Made by a program: the position numbers and the translations under genes. From assembly GCF_006345805.1 (NCBI RefSeq), contig NC_043008.1:48794001-48858000 (forward strand): a DNA stretch of 64,000 nucleotides. The letters are read 5' to 3'. This stretch comes from Octopus sinensis (taxonomy: Eukaryota). The notes below the pieces were generated by a model. That model saw only the letters and a program-made list of their open reading frames with translations, ran no database searches and was not told where the DNA came from. This document shows, piece by piece, positions 26,001 to 37,954 of the stretch (position 1 is the stretch's first letter; each line of letters begins with the position of its first letter).

Positions 26001-26336
26001 AAGCACCATTCAAGCAAGGTTGATGCCAGTACTGCCTGACTGGCTCCTGTGCTGGTGGCATGTAAAAAGCACCATTCAAGCAAGGTTGATGCCAGTACTG
26101 CCTGACTGGCTCCTGTGCTGGTGGCATGTAAAAAGCACCATTCAAGCAAGGTTGATGCCAGTACTGCCTGACTGGCTCCTGTGCTGGTGGCATGTAAAAA
26201 GCACCATTCAAGCAAGGTTGATGCCAGTACTGCCTGACTGGCTCCTGTGCTGGTGGCATGTAAAAAGCACCATTCGAGCAAGGTTGTTGCCAGTACTGCC
26301 TGACTGGCTCCTGTGCTGGTGGCATGTAAAAGGCAC
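23006..26336 (+). repeat. 66-bp tandem array of about 50 units, inside a LINE-3'UTR-type element that ends near 26510
   Basis: Unit GCCAGTACTGCCTGACTGGCTCCTGTGCTGGTGGCATGTAAAAAGCACCATTC(G/A)AGCAAGGTTGAT. The last unit runs into CACCCACTAC...TAGGAAGGGCATCCAGCTGTAG...GGACGTTAAAC and a GAT-rich tail. Confidence 0.97.
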
Positions 26337-26929
26337 CCACTACGCACTCGGAGTGGTTGGAATTAGGAAGGGCATCCAGCTGTAGAAACCTTGCAAGATC
26401 AGACTGGAGCCTGGTACAGCCTTCTGGCTTGCCAGTCCTCAGTCAAACCGTCAAACCGTCAAACCCATGCCAGCATAGAAAGTGGACGTTAAACAACGAT
26501 GATAATGACTGAACCTCATAATTTGTATGTCTGTGTGTGTGCACATGTGTACTAATTACTTTAGGCCATAAATGTTTTTCTTACTCCATATGTATCTAAG
26601 TGTCTTGTTTGTATTCATGATAAGACAACTGCTAAGCTTATGACACCTATTGAGGTAGAAACATGTTCACAGCTGTCCTGTTGTTTCCAGTCAGACTGTT
26701 TATCCCTTAATGGCATGTCTGCTTTGGAGAAATCTTCATTCTTGAGATTATCTCCCCTTCTTATTTGGTGTTGGTTGCAATTGCCACAAGGTGTTACTTT
26801 ATTCTTTTCTTGAAGGGAAGATAATTTCACGGTCAAGAATTTATCTTGTATGGTATTTAATATCTTTACTTATTTGCATTGTTTATAACCATGCTACCCA
26901 CCACCCTCAGCTATTTCTCTTAACTAATT

Positions 26930-27183
<254 letters not shown>

Positions 27184-27189
<6 letters not shown>

Positions 27190-27533
27190 GAGATGACACC
27201 AGAAAAAACACAAATGTCATGTAATGAAATTCACTAGTTTACAGCTGTTTCTGCTATGAGATGTGGTGGACTCTTAGTTGAGTACCAGGGTAACATTCTA
27301 TAGCTTCATCAGAGCCTTGAATATGAATGCACTCTACTTGGGAACGCCTGTGTGTTCTAAAAATGTAACTTTTTCCAAATAAAGTGCGCTTCATATTCAA
27401 AGCTCTGATGAAGCTATAGAATGTTACCCTGGTACTCAACTAAGATTCTATCACATCTTATAGCAAAAACAGCTGTAAGCTAATGAAGTTCATTACATAA
27501 CATTTGTTTCTGTCAGTGTCATCTCTATGTTTT
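27184..27533. mobile_element. Palindromic element (arms about 160 bp, loop about 28 nt), each arm carrying a hammerhead-like motif
   Basis: Left arm 27184-27344 is the imperfect reverse complement of 27373-27533. Each arm reads CTGATGA-AGCTATAG...ATAGCA-(G/A)AAAC-AGCT-GTA. Confidence 0.75.
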
Positions 27534-30500
27534 CTATCCCCACTCTATACTCATATAACATTGTGTTCTGGACTACACAAGTATTGAGTTCTACACCAGG
27601 TTATTAATCTCACTATGCCTAAGTGAAATATTAAAACATCTTTCTGTATCTTTTATCTTTTATGTGTTTCAACCAGGTGGCTGTGGTCATGCTGGAGCAC
27701 CACAATAAAATATATATGCTTTTATTCTTTTAGTCATTAGGCTGCGGCCATACTGTCTTCATTTAACACCTGTCTTCCATACTGGCATGGGTTGGACCAT
27801 TTGATGGGAGCTGGCCAAGTAGAAGACTACACCAGGTTACTGTGTCTGTATATATAGTTATATATATATGTGTGTGTGATGTATATATATATGTGTATAT
27901 ATATATAGGTAAAAACGGTTAGATAACAAAATGCATTTACAGATATATATATATATACGTATATGTATGTATGTATGTATATTATCTATCTGTATATATT
28001 AGATGTCAAACCTGTTCTTCTAGTTCATCAGTCTTGACAGTAAATATTTAAGTATCTAACTGTATTAAACAATACACACACACACACACAAAGAAAAATC
28101 TGTTTTAATAAAGTTAAACACTTGTCTTTTGAGGGTTCTCTGTTATATTTTTGTTGTATGTCATGTCAATGGAAAAGATTACAACAGCAACAACAACAAA
28201 AGGCACGGCACCAACAATACTCACTGCCACCACTTCCTCCACCACCACCAACACGTGTAATTTTGTTGAAATTTGATCTGGGAATAAAACTTGAGGTTTA
28301 TGAGAAATTCATGTCTTCAGGACTTGCTTTAATGATTTTTATCAGAGACTGACTTGTCGAGAATGTATAGAAAGTAAGTCAGAAGAAAAATATGAATAAG
28401 TTTTACAACAATAATGCTTGTGTGATGTCTGTCGTGGTTGATGTTTGTTGTACAGGTAAATAGCTCTACTCACGCTATCTTACCTTGTTCTTGTGCCTCC
28501 ACTGTGAAATTGCTGTTGAATTCAGTCGTTCTCTTTCAACAACTTTATGCCTCATTTGCATTGAATACACTCCAGTTGTGCAAGCTGATGAAACATTCAT
28601 CCATTCTACAGTTCTCCCACTATCTACACCCATGAATAACACTTGAAACTATTTACTTGCTTTTTGTTTTGTTTTAGAGTATTAAGTAGATTTAACGCCC
28701 TTTCTCATGGTTCCTGTTTGCTAATCTGAAAGGTTTTATATACTATCCCCACCCCCTCCCATCCATAAGGTCGGGTGGTCATGGCAGGATTGCTTTTCAT
28801 AAAAAGTCTGCTTGATGAGGGCTAACATGGGATTAAACAACTACTAATAACAAAAGACAGGTTTGTAACTGAGGCAGAGGAGCAGTAATTTTGAGTCGGG
28901 GTTAGTCAATAGTGTTGACCCCCAGTACATGACTGGTATTTTATTCTATCGATCCTGAAAGAATGAAAGATAAAGTTGACCTTAGAGGTATTTGAACTCA
29001 CGGTGTAAAGAGCTGGTAGAAATTCTGCAAGATATTTCCTCCACTGCTCTGCTAATTCTGCTGAAAACAATGGAGCAAAACTTCCAGTCCTTTTATATAT
29101 TCCTCTTCCCACCCCCACCGCACCCCCGCTCTGCTCCTCCTCCTCCTCCTCCCTTTTTTCCAATCATACTTGATCAAGTTTCATCATTATTATAATTAAT
29201 GTCAACAGCTGTTTGCCATAAGAAAAAATTAGGTTGACTCATTGACCATACTCTGTGGCAGGAGTGGTCCATAAACAGCCTTTGGAAGTCACATGTCTTT
29301 TTTTCTTTTTTTGGCAATTAATGGTGTAATCACAGAAATGCAGTTTCAGGGGTCAGGGTGGGGGTGTATTAGAATCCTTTTATCATCATAATTAAAGTTA
29401 GAGACGAAAGTAATGGCACCAATAAATGGGTCGGATGCCTGGACGCCTTTCCTGTCACGTACTCTCACCTGTTTCTAAACTCAGTAATACTTCCTGTTGG
29501 TCAGACATGTTTCAACAGAAGATTAGATGCTTGTTTACAATGTTGAGGCAAAGGGAAATGCACTCACACACTTAAAAATATGTGTTTACAACAGGCTTCT
29601 TTCAGTTTCCTTCTACCAAACACTTCACAAAGCTTTGGTCAGATCAGGTGCCACAGGAAACCATGTGGTTGGCAAGCGAACTTCCTAACCATGCAGCTAT
29701 TCCTTTGCCTATGACGATAGAAGTCACAGCAACCCCTCCTCCTCTTCTCCCTCCTCCCCTTCTCCCTCCTCCTCTTCTCCTTTCTCCTCTTCTCCCTTCC
29801 TTTTTCTTCTTACACATGCACGTAGTCCTAAGACAGACGTATCTAAATAGTATTATCTTGAAGTGGGGGATGTTTGTCAGCCAGGCAGATTCAGGCCTAA
29901 TTAACGATACTCCCATGAACACAACATAGTTGCTGAAGTAGAGATATTTGTTAGTATCTCGTTAATAATCTTTTCTACATTAGGCACAAGGCCCGAAATT
30001 TTTGTGGAGGAGACCAGTCAATTAGATTAACTCCAGTATGCAACTGGTACTTAATTTATTGACCTCAAAAGGATGAAAGGCAAAGTCGACCTCGGTAGAA
30101 TTTGAACTCAGAACGTAAAGACAGATGAAACACTGCTAAGAATTTCGCCCAGTGTGCTAACGTTTCTGCCAGCTCGCCACCTTCGTATCTCGTTAATAAT
30201 AAAGCAATTCTGTTAGTAGGCAAAGCTGTGTAGTCTAACAATTTGGCTTTGTAACTACATTGTTCTGTGTTCAATCCCATCACTCAGTACCTTGGATCAC
30301 TATTTCATCATTAGACAGATATTTTAATGGATATTTCTCTGTTGTAACCCTTCTGATCAGGTGTATGGTTTGAGGGTAACTTCTGATTTTGCTCCCACCA
30401 AATACAGACACACAGAAAGCGATCAGGGCTGCCATTAAAAGACCTGTTTCTCACCATTGCCAACAGCTGTAGAACTAAAGTGGTTAATTCTTGTAGCATT

Positions 30501-31030
30501 ATTTTATAGGTAGAATGGATTTTTCTGCTCTAAATAATTATACATACAAATTATTACACATGTTACCGTTAGCAGTTGTGGCCTTGAAACTGTCACCTTA
30601 TTGATAGACCGGGAATAATTATGAGGGTTTATTTTTGTTGTTTTATTCTTGTTTTGTTTTTTTATTTAGTTTTAGTTTTGGTTTTAAAATTGCTCTGTGA
30701 ATGAGAAGTAAATTTACATTTAGAATGGTTGTTGGTTCTGAGATAATCCTATTTAGATATGTCTCCTATGTTTGGCCTGCTTGCCTATGTAAGGAGTTAT
30801 TGGTAGTGGTGAACTGGTAGAGTCATTAGCAGGCTGGACAAAATGTTTAGCAGCACTTCTTTTGGCTGATGTTCTGAGTTCAAACTCTGCCAAGGTCGAC
30901 TTTGCTTTTCATCCTTGTGGGGTTGATAAAATAAGAACCAGTTGGACATGAGCGTTGATGTAATCGACTGGCCCCTTCCCTAAAACTGTCAGGCCTTGTG
31001 CTTACAGTTGAAAGGGTTATTATTATTATT

Positions 31031-31586
31031 GTTGAGTGAGAGAGCAGTGCCTGCCATCAAAGTGACACTGGGGTAAAATATACGAAGCCCAGTATACCCA
31101 TCATGACTACCCGTCTGATAAGGCTACACCAGGAACATGCATCACAACCATATGTGTGCGATATGGTGATCTCGAATCAAGATAAACAGTGTATGACCTT
31201 GCAGGTGGGGCCCACTTAGAATTTTCTTCTGGTTGAGTAACCCATCCCCCTCAAAAGGTCCCTGAATAAGGGTCGTTTAAGGATGTTAAACGAAACACCC
31301 ATGTTTCCAGAGGTAAATTATTCAAACCCCAAAGAATCCCTCTCAACACATGGCTATGATGCTCCCCCACTACTTCTGCTCGTGATCAGAGATGCACATA
31401 TCGTCAGCCACTAAGGGACATGCTCAACTGGTTGAGGTCAAACAACTGACAAGCAAATCTATGATTTTGAGCAGAATATTTGCTGTAGCCTATCTTTTAT
31501 ACCAAGACACAATGGACATGATAACACTTCCAATCAGTTAAGATCAGAAGCCATGAGAGCCACTGCCCTGTACTGCATCAAGGCAT
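31031..31586. mobile_element. Unclassified interspersed element of about 555 bp, flanked by (TTA)n on both sides
   Basis: Complex non-coding sequence bounded by tattattatt (31021-31030) and ttattattattatt (from about 31587), consistent with insertion into a TAA microsatellite. Only one copy occurs in the window. Confidence 0.4.
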
Positions 31587-31764
31587 TTATTATTATTATT
31601 ATTATGGCTTTGGATGGACAAAATGCCTCCCAGTATTTATTTCAGCTGTATGTTTTGACTAAAGGGTTCTTTTGTCCCTCCAGGGTTGATAAAACTAAAA
31701 TACCAGTCAACTATTGGTGTCAGTGTAATTGAACACCTTTTCCACTTAATATTTGTGGACCTCT

Positions 31765-31986
31765 GAGGTGGGCAAGCTGGCAGAATTGTTAGCATGCCGT
31801 GCAAAATACTTAGTGGCATTTCGTCTGTCTGTGCATTGTGAGTTCAAATTCCACCAAGGTCGACTTTGCTTTTCATCCTTTCAGGGTCAATAAATTAAGT
31901 ACCAGTTACATACTGAGGTTTATCTAACTGACTGCCCCCCCCCCCAAAAAAAAATTTTGAGCCTCATGCCTTGAGTAGAAAAGAAT
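31765..31986 (+). mobile_element. tRNA-derived SINE family A (representative of more than 15 copies, e.g. 620-815, 14380-14800, 21140-21350, 29980-30182, 42060-42270, 47598-47810, 55380-55815, 57820-58030)
   Basis: A-box-like TGGCAGAAT, B-box-like GAGTTCAAATTCC, and a shared body GGTCGACTTTGCCTTTCATCCTTTC...AAATTAAGTACCAG found in both orientations. Confidence 0.8.
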
Positions 31987-32478
31987 ATTTGTGGATCTCT
32001 GCCTCTAAATTTGAATTGCATGTTGCAGAAAATGTATTTACATTGTTGAGGTGTAATTAATTGAAGTCAACCCCAATATATAACAGGTATATACTTCAAA
32101 CTTGAGAAAAATTCATTTCTGGCTTCTGTCATTGTTTTCTCTCTCTCTCTCTCACCCCTCCCTTCTCTACCTCTCTATCTCCCTGTTCCCCTCCTCACAA
32201 GCATGTCTCTGGGTAGTGACTATTCTACATTGACAGTGTGTACAAAGCAAACCCCAGCCCCCATGCTGTCACACCAGAACTGTGGGGGGGATTACAAATC
32301 ACCCCCTGGAGTGATTTGCAAGCAAGCAAGCAGATGGAAAGTAGAGTGGGGGGGGGAGGTCCTTCTTGTTTTGCTGAGGACTTAACAACTTGTTTAGTCC
32401 TGCTGGCACCATGGAAAACTGCACCCAGTGCACTCTGCAAAGCGGTGGTGGTTGGGAAACAAGTAGAAAACGTGGTAC

Positions 32479-32832
32479 AGGTGTGGCTGTGTGGTAAGAA
32501 GCTTGCTTCCCAACCACATAGTTCTGGGTTCAGTCCCACTGTGTAGCAAGTGTCTCCTACTATAGCCTTGGACTAACCAAATCCTTGCAAGTGGATATGA
32601 TTGAGGGGAAACTGAAAGAAGCCTGTATATATCTATGTGTTTATGTCCTTGTAGCTGTGTTTGTTCCTCACCACTACTAGTGCTGGTGTGTCTACATTCC
32701 TGTAACTTAACAGTTCAGCAGAAGGGATTGATAGAATAGACACCAGGCTTTGAAAACAAAAACAAATACCGAGGTTGATTCTTTCAACTAAAGTTCTTCA
32801 AGGCAGTGCCCCAGCATGGCCGCAGCCTAATG
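32479..32832 (+). mobile_element. tRNA-derived SINE family B (other copies at about 13700-13880, 19140-19410, 35156-35320, 51700-52070, 52440-52810, 57390-57545)
   Basis: Head TGGCTGTGTGGTAAGAAGCTTGCTTCCCAACCAC...GGGTTCAGTCCCACTG, and a shared tail GGTGCTCCAGCATGGCCGCAGT. Confidence 0.75.
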
Positions 32833-33089
32833 AGAGGATCGTTTAGTCTTGTCTTGCATCCAATAAAGTCTGTGGTGCAGTTGGTGACGGGGAGAGCACC
32901 AAGTCATAGAGACTGGCCCTAAATGGGACCCACGAGCACCAGTCTCTGAGAACAGCTGACTGAAACCATGAAGACGCATCCAACCCATGCCAGCATGAGA
33001 AGTGGATGTATTATGATGATGATGATGATGATCAGTGGGAGTTGAACTCAAAATACTGTAATGGATATATAAATATTTGTTGTATCCCT

Positions 33090-33406
33090 AGGAGCACTCG
33101 GTCGGTTACGACGACGAGGGTCCCAGCTGATACAATCAACGGAACAGCTTGCTTGTGCAATTAACGTGGAAGTGGCTGAGCACTCCACAGACACGTGTCA
33201 CTTTAACGTAGTTCTCGGGGAGATTCAGTGTGACACCCAGAATGTGACAAGGCTGACCCTTGGGAATTACAGGTACAACTCATTTTTGCCAGCTGAGTGG
33301 ACTGGAGCAACATGAAATAAAGTGTCTTGCTCAAGGACACAACGCGTCGCCAAGAATTGAACTCACGACCTTACAATCGTGAGTGGAATACCCTAACCAC
33401 TAAGCC

Positions 33407-33407
<1 letters not shown>
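33090..33407 (-). mobile_element. tRNA-derived SINE with a conserved-core-like central domain (other copies at about 47400-47575 and 57555-57760)
   Basis: Minus strand reads TGGCTTAGTGGTTAGGG...GAGTTCAATTC followed by TGTGTCCTTGAGCAAGACACTT, reminiscent of V/Meta-type SINE central domains. Superfamily not verified. Confidence 0.65.
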
Positions 33408-33446
<39 letters not shown>

Positions 33447-33507
33447 CAAAAAAAAGAATGAATGAGACCTCGATATTATGTGAATAGAGGAATTTATCTA
33501 TAATATA

Positions 33508-33627
33508 ATATGTGACAATTATTCGGTTGCCATAATAAAACTCAGAGTTTCGGATGTCGGAGCAGACTTCCACCCCAGTACCCGAAACTCTGAGTTTTAT
33601 TATGGCAACCGAATAATTGTCACATAT
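33508..33627. repeat. Perfect 46-bp inverted repeat with a 28-nt loop, embedded in (TA)n
   Basis: 33508-33553 is the exact reverse complement of 33582-33627. Confidence 0.9.
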
Positions 33628-33639
33628 TATATATATATT

Positions 33640-33681
<42 letters not shown>

Positions 33682-34069
33682 TTATGTATATATATATATA
33701 TATATGTATGTATATATTATATATATATATATATATTTATGTATACATGCATGTTAAATAAAATGCACATGGGCATGTACATATGCATTCACAACACGTT
33801 TTTATATACAAATACTTATATAGATTCGTGTATATAAAAACCTACAAAGACACACACACACACACAGATATATATAATCTCACACGTATGTGTATATGCA
33901 TATGTACAGGTATATTGATAATAATGACATATATCCCAAGTGTAAAACGGTGCAGTGAGAGAGTAGGGTGGGAATTGAACCCTCAAACTTGCTCACCTGA
34001 TTCTCACTTCCACCTTGTATAAGCATGCTCTCTCTCTCTCTCCATCTTATTACCTGTGTCTCTCATATA

Positions 34070-34418
34070 TATATATGTATGTATGTATGTATGTATATGT
34101 GCATGTATGTATATGTGTATGTATGTATATGTGTATGTATGTATGTGTATGTATGTATATGTATGTATGTATATGTATATATACGTATGTATATATGTAT
34201 ATGTATATATACGTATGTATATATGTATATATATACGTATGTATATATGTATATATATACATATGTATATATATATGTATATAAACATATATGTATGTAT
34301 ATATTTATATATATATATATGTGTATATATATGTATGTGTATATATATGTATATGTATATATATGCATATATGTATATATAAAGTGTATATATGTATATA
34401 TGTATATATATATATATG
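34070..34418. repeat. Compound (TATG)n/(TA)n microsatellite
   Basis: Seen directly in the sequence. Confidence 0.95.
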
Positions 34419-37400
34419 AGAGCGAATCTGGTGAGCAGGCAGGAAGGCAGTGCAGTATGTAGCTTTTAGTCCTACTCAACAGTAAGTACAACAACAAAAG
34501 AAGCTACAAAGACAGACAACAACAGCAACAACAACAACTACAAAAAGGCCAGCTGGCTGCTTTGCTTGGCACAGCTGGTATGTGAGGAGTGAGCTGTAGA
34601 GGGAACAATGGCAAGAATAAATAATAATAACGATGATGACAACGATGATGATGATAATGGTGATGGTGATAATGGTGATGGTGATAATACTGTACAGCTA
34701 AGTCAACAACTAAAGAACAGAAACTGTTGGAGCAGAGGAGAGAAGAAAGCCTCAGTAATAAATGTAGGTAGTAGAATAGGGGGGGGGGGAGGGAGTAGAA
34801 AGCAGACATGGGGACAAACAAACAAACAGACTTATAAGCCATGGGTGGTGGTGGTGGCGGTGGCGGTGGTGGATGAGAAAAAGTGGAGAAGAAAGAAAGA
34901 CTTTTGTGGGTAGTAACACATTGGTAATTTGATCTGTCACTCATACACACACACACACACACAAGTGCCAGAGCTGCAATGTGCGCCGGCACCGCCGCCG
35001 CCGCCGCCGCCATACACAGTGTGTGGAGTGTCAGGGAGGGCATTGTTATGAAAGGAAGAAAAACTAGTTAGTAATGGTTTAACACATTTTTGGCAGGGGA
35101 GGTGGGGGTGGGGGGTTTACTTTATGTCATTGCTACATGTGTGTGTGTGTGTGTGTAAGCATGGCTGTGTGGTAAGAAGTTAGCTTCCCATCCACATGGT
35201 TCCAGGTTCGGTCCCATTGCATGGCACCTTGGGCAAGTGTCTTCAGCTAAAGCTTTGATCCAACCAAAGCCTTGTGAATGGATTTGGTAGATGGAAACTG
35301 AGAGAAGCCTGTTGTATATATATGTATATCATCATCATCATCATCATCATTGTTTAACGTCTGCTTTCCATGCTAGCATGGGTTGGACAAATGACTGAGG
35401 GATGGCAAACCAGATGGCTGCACCAGGCTCCAATCTTGATCTGGCAAAGTTTCTACAGCTGGATGCCCTTCCTAACGCCAAACACTCCGAGAGTGTAATG
35501 GGTGCGTTTTACGTGCCACCGGCACAGGGGCCAATCAGGCAGTACTAGCAACGACCTCGCTCAAATCTTTTTACAAATGCCACCAGCACAGATGCCAGTA
35601 AGGCGACGTTGGTAATGATCATGCTCAAATGGTGCCCTTTTACGTGCCACTAGCACGGAAACTAGTTGGCTGCTCTGGCAACGATCATGCTTGGATGGTG
35701 TTCTTGGCACCCTACTAGCACGGGCACAAGTGCCAGTAAGGCGACGCTGGTAACGATCATACTCGAATGGTGCCTTTTTATGTGCCACTGGCATGGAAGC
35801 TGGTTAGCCGCTCTGTCAACGATCACGCTCGTATGGTGCTCTTTGCACCCCGCTAGCACGGATGCCAGTCATCGAATGTGATTTTGATTTAACTTGCCCA
35901 ACAGGTCTTCGCAAGCAGAGTTTAGTGTCCAAAGAAGGAAAGGGTACACATAAGTGGGCTGGTATACATCTATATGTGTGTTTGTCCTTGTGTTTCCCTC
36001 CCCCCACCACCACCACTTGACAACTGGTGTTGGTTCATTTATGTCCCCTGTAACTTAGCATTTCAACAAAGGAGACTGGAAGCATAAGTACGAAGTTTAA
36101 AAAGATAAGTCCTGCGGTTGATTTGCATGATAAACGATTCAAGATGCTGCCCCGGCATCATGGCTGCAGTCCAGTGACTGAAACAAGTGACAGAGAAAAG
36201 CCAAATGATATAGAAAGGCCAAGCTGGGGCACTGCCTTCAGGAGTTTCTTCAGTCATATTTATTTCACCCCACTGTGTTTATTTCTGTTTGTTTTTTTTA
36301 TTTGATCAATCTTTGTCAACCTGCTCAGTTATGAGACTTAAAGGAACTTAATATAAACAATACCAGTGCCTATTTTTTAGGCTGTCACAAAAGTGAATAG
36401 GCACAAATATATCTGTTTTTTCATCCATCGACCTGCCCAGCTGCTTGATAGAGAGAGAGGGGGGGAAGCAGTTGACACACACATAGGTAACAATTGAATA
36501 ATGATAAAAGCAGCTTTTGCAGGTGACTCTAAACTCCAGAAATTCAGCCAAATTTGATTAATTAATTTTACCCTTTTATTATTAATTTGAAATTATATAT
36601 CATCATCATCATCATCGTTTAATGTCCGTTTTCCTTGCTAACATGGGTTGGACAAATATATATATATATGATGATGATGATGATATATATATATATATAA
36701 ATTTTCGTAAACTTTCCCTATATATATATATATTTGTGTGTCTGTGTTTGTCCCCCACCATTGATTGACAACTGATGTTGGTGTGTTTGTGTCTCCATAA
36801 CTTAGCAGTTCAGCAAAAGAGAGTGATAGAATAAGTACTAGGCTTACAAAGAATAAGTCCTGGGATCGATTAGTTCGACTAAAGACAGTGCTCCAGCATG
36901 GCTGCAGTCCAATGACTTAAAGAAATAAAAGAATACACACACACAAAGCTTTCACTCTACTGGCTTGTGTCATAGCTCCAAATAATTAAGAATTTATATA
37001 AATATTTGTTGAGCACTTTTGGTGGAAAATACTTTGCTTAGACTAATAGTATTGTACCCTATGGAGTATTTATGTCTTAGCACTGAGTCTGTCAGCTCTT
37101 AAGAACTGAAGTGAAGAATCGCTCCTTTGTGGCAGTTTTCCCTCATAAGACAGTTCTGTCTGTTTGGGTACAAAGCATTCGTTTTGCTTTTTTCTTTTGT
37201 GTTTTGGCACATTTATCTATTATGTGCCCTGATGTTCAACTTGTTCTAACTCCTGGTCACAAAGGGATTCTGTCTTTTTACACCATCTGATGAGAGTCAG
37301 ATTCTGAAATGGAAGATTTACTACAAAGATAAAACCACACAGATTCCATTTATAAAATTTATGAGACATTAGCTCTTCCCATCTTATTTATTCACTCTAT

Positions 37401-37954
37401 AGACTTGGATCATAGCCCCAAATAATCCAAAGCACCTTTGGTGAATATTTGTGGAGCACTTTTAGTGAAAAGTACTCGGTGGAGTATGCATGTGTCTTAT
37501 TGCATGTGTGTGTGTGTACACGCACGCGCACACACACACACACACAAGCATATATATGTACACATGTATACATATACATGTTTCTTTCTTTATTCAGACA
37601 TGCTTCAGTGAATTTTCCTTTTTCAGAAACTTGTTAATTTTGTCTTAATATTTCCTCCCCAGTTTTATTGTTGTTATTGTTGTTGTGCAGTGAACCCCTC
37701 ACCCCTCTATCATTCTGTCAGCCCCAATCATGCAGGCCTGTTGTTGTTGTTGATGTCTTTTGTTATATTGAAAGTCATGGCATTAAGAATGGTCTTTTGT
37801 TGTTTTCTTTTATATTCTGTTTTGTATTTGTGGTCATGATTCTGTGACTACGAACCCATACTGCCCTGATACAAGAACACATGCACACTCACACACACAC
37901 GTATGTATGTATGTTTGTATATATATGTATATATATATGTGTGTGTGTGTGTGT

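Noticed and set aside
23006-26336. CRISPR-like array
   Set aside because: The units are contiguous with no unique spacers, no cas genes are present, and the context is eukaryotic.
22720-26385. Long ORFs of 130-424 aa with 22-aa repeats
   Set aside because: They arise because the 66-bp unit is a multiple of three and lacks stops in several frames on both strands. There are no splice or start signals, and indels break them freely.
28000-28045. Hammerhead on the minus strand (CUGAUGA at 28031-28025)
   Set aside because: The GAAA half of the core is missing. At best it is a deleted relic.
37280-37315. CTGATGAGAGTCAGATTCTGAAAT as a hammerhead
   Set aside because: Stem II cannot close with a feasible loop, and there is no NUH triplet or stem I.
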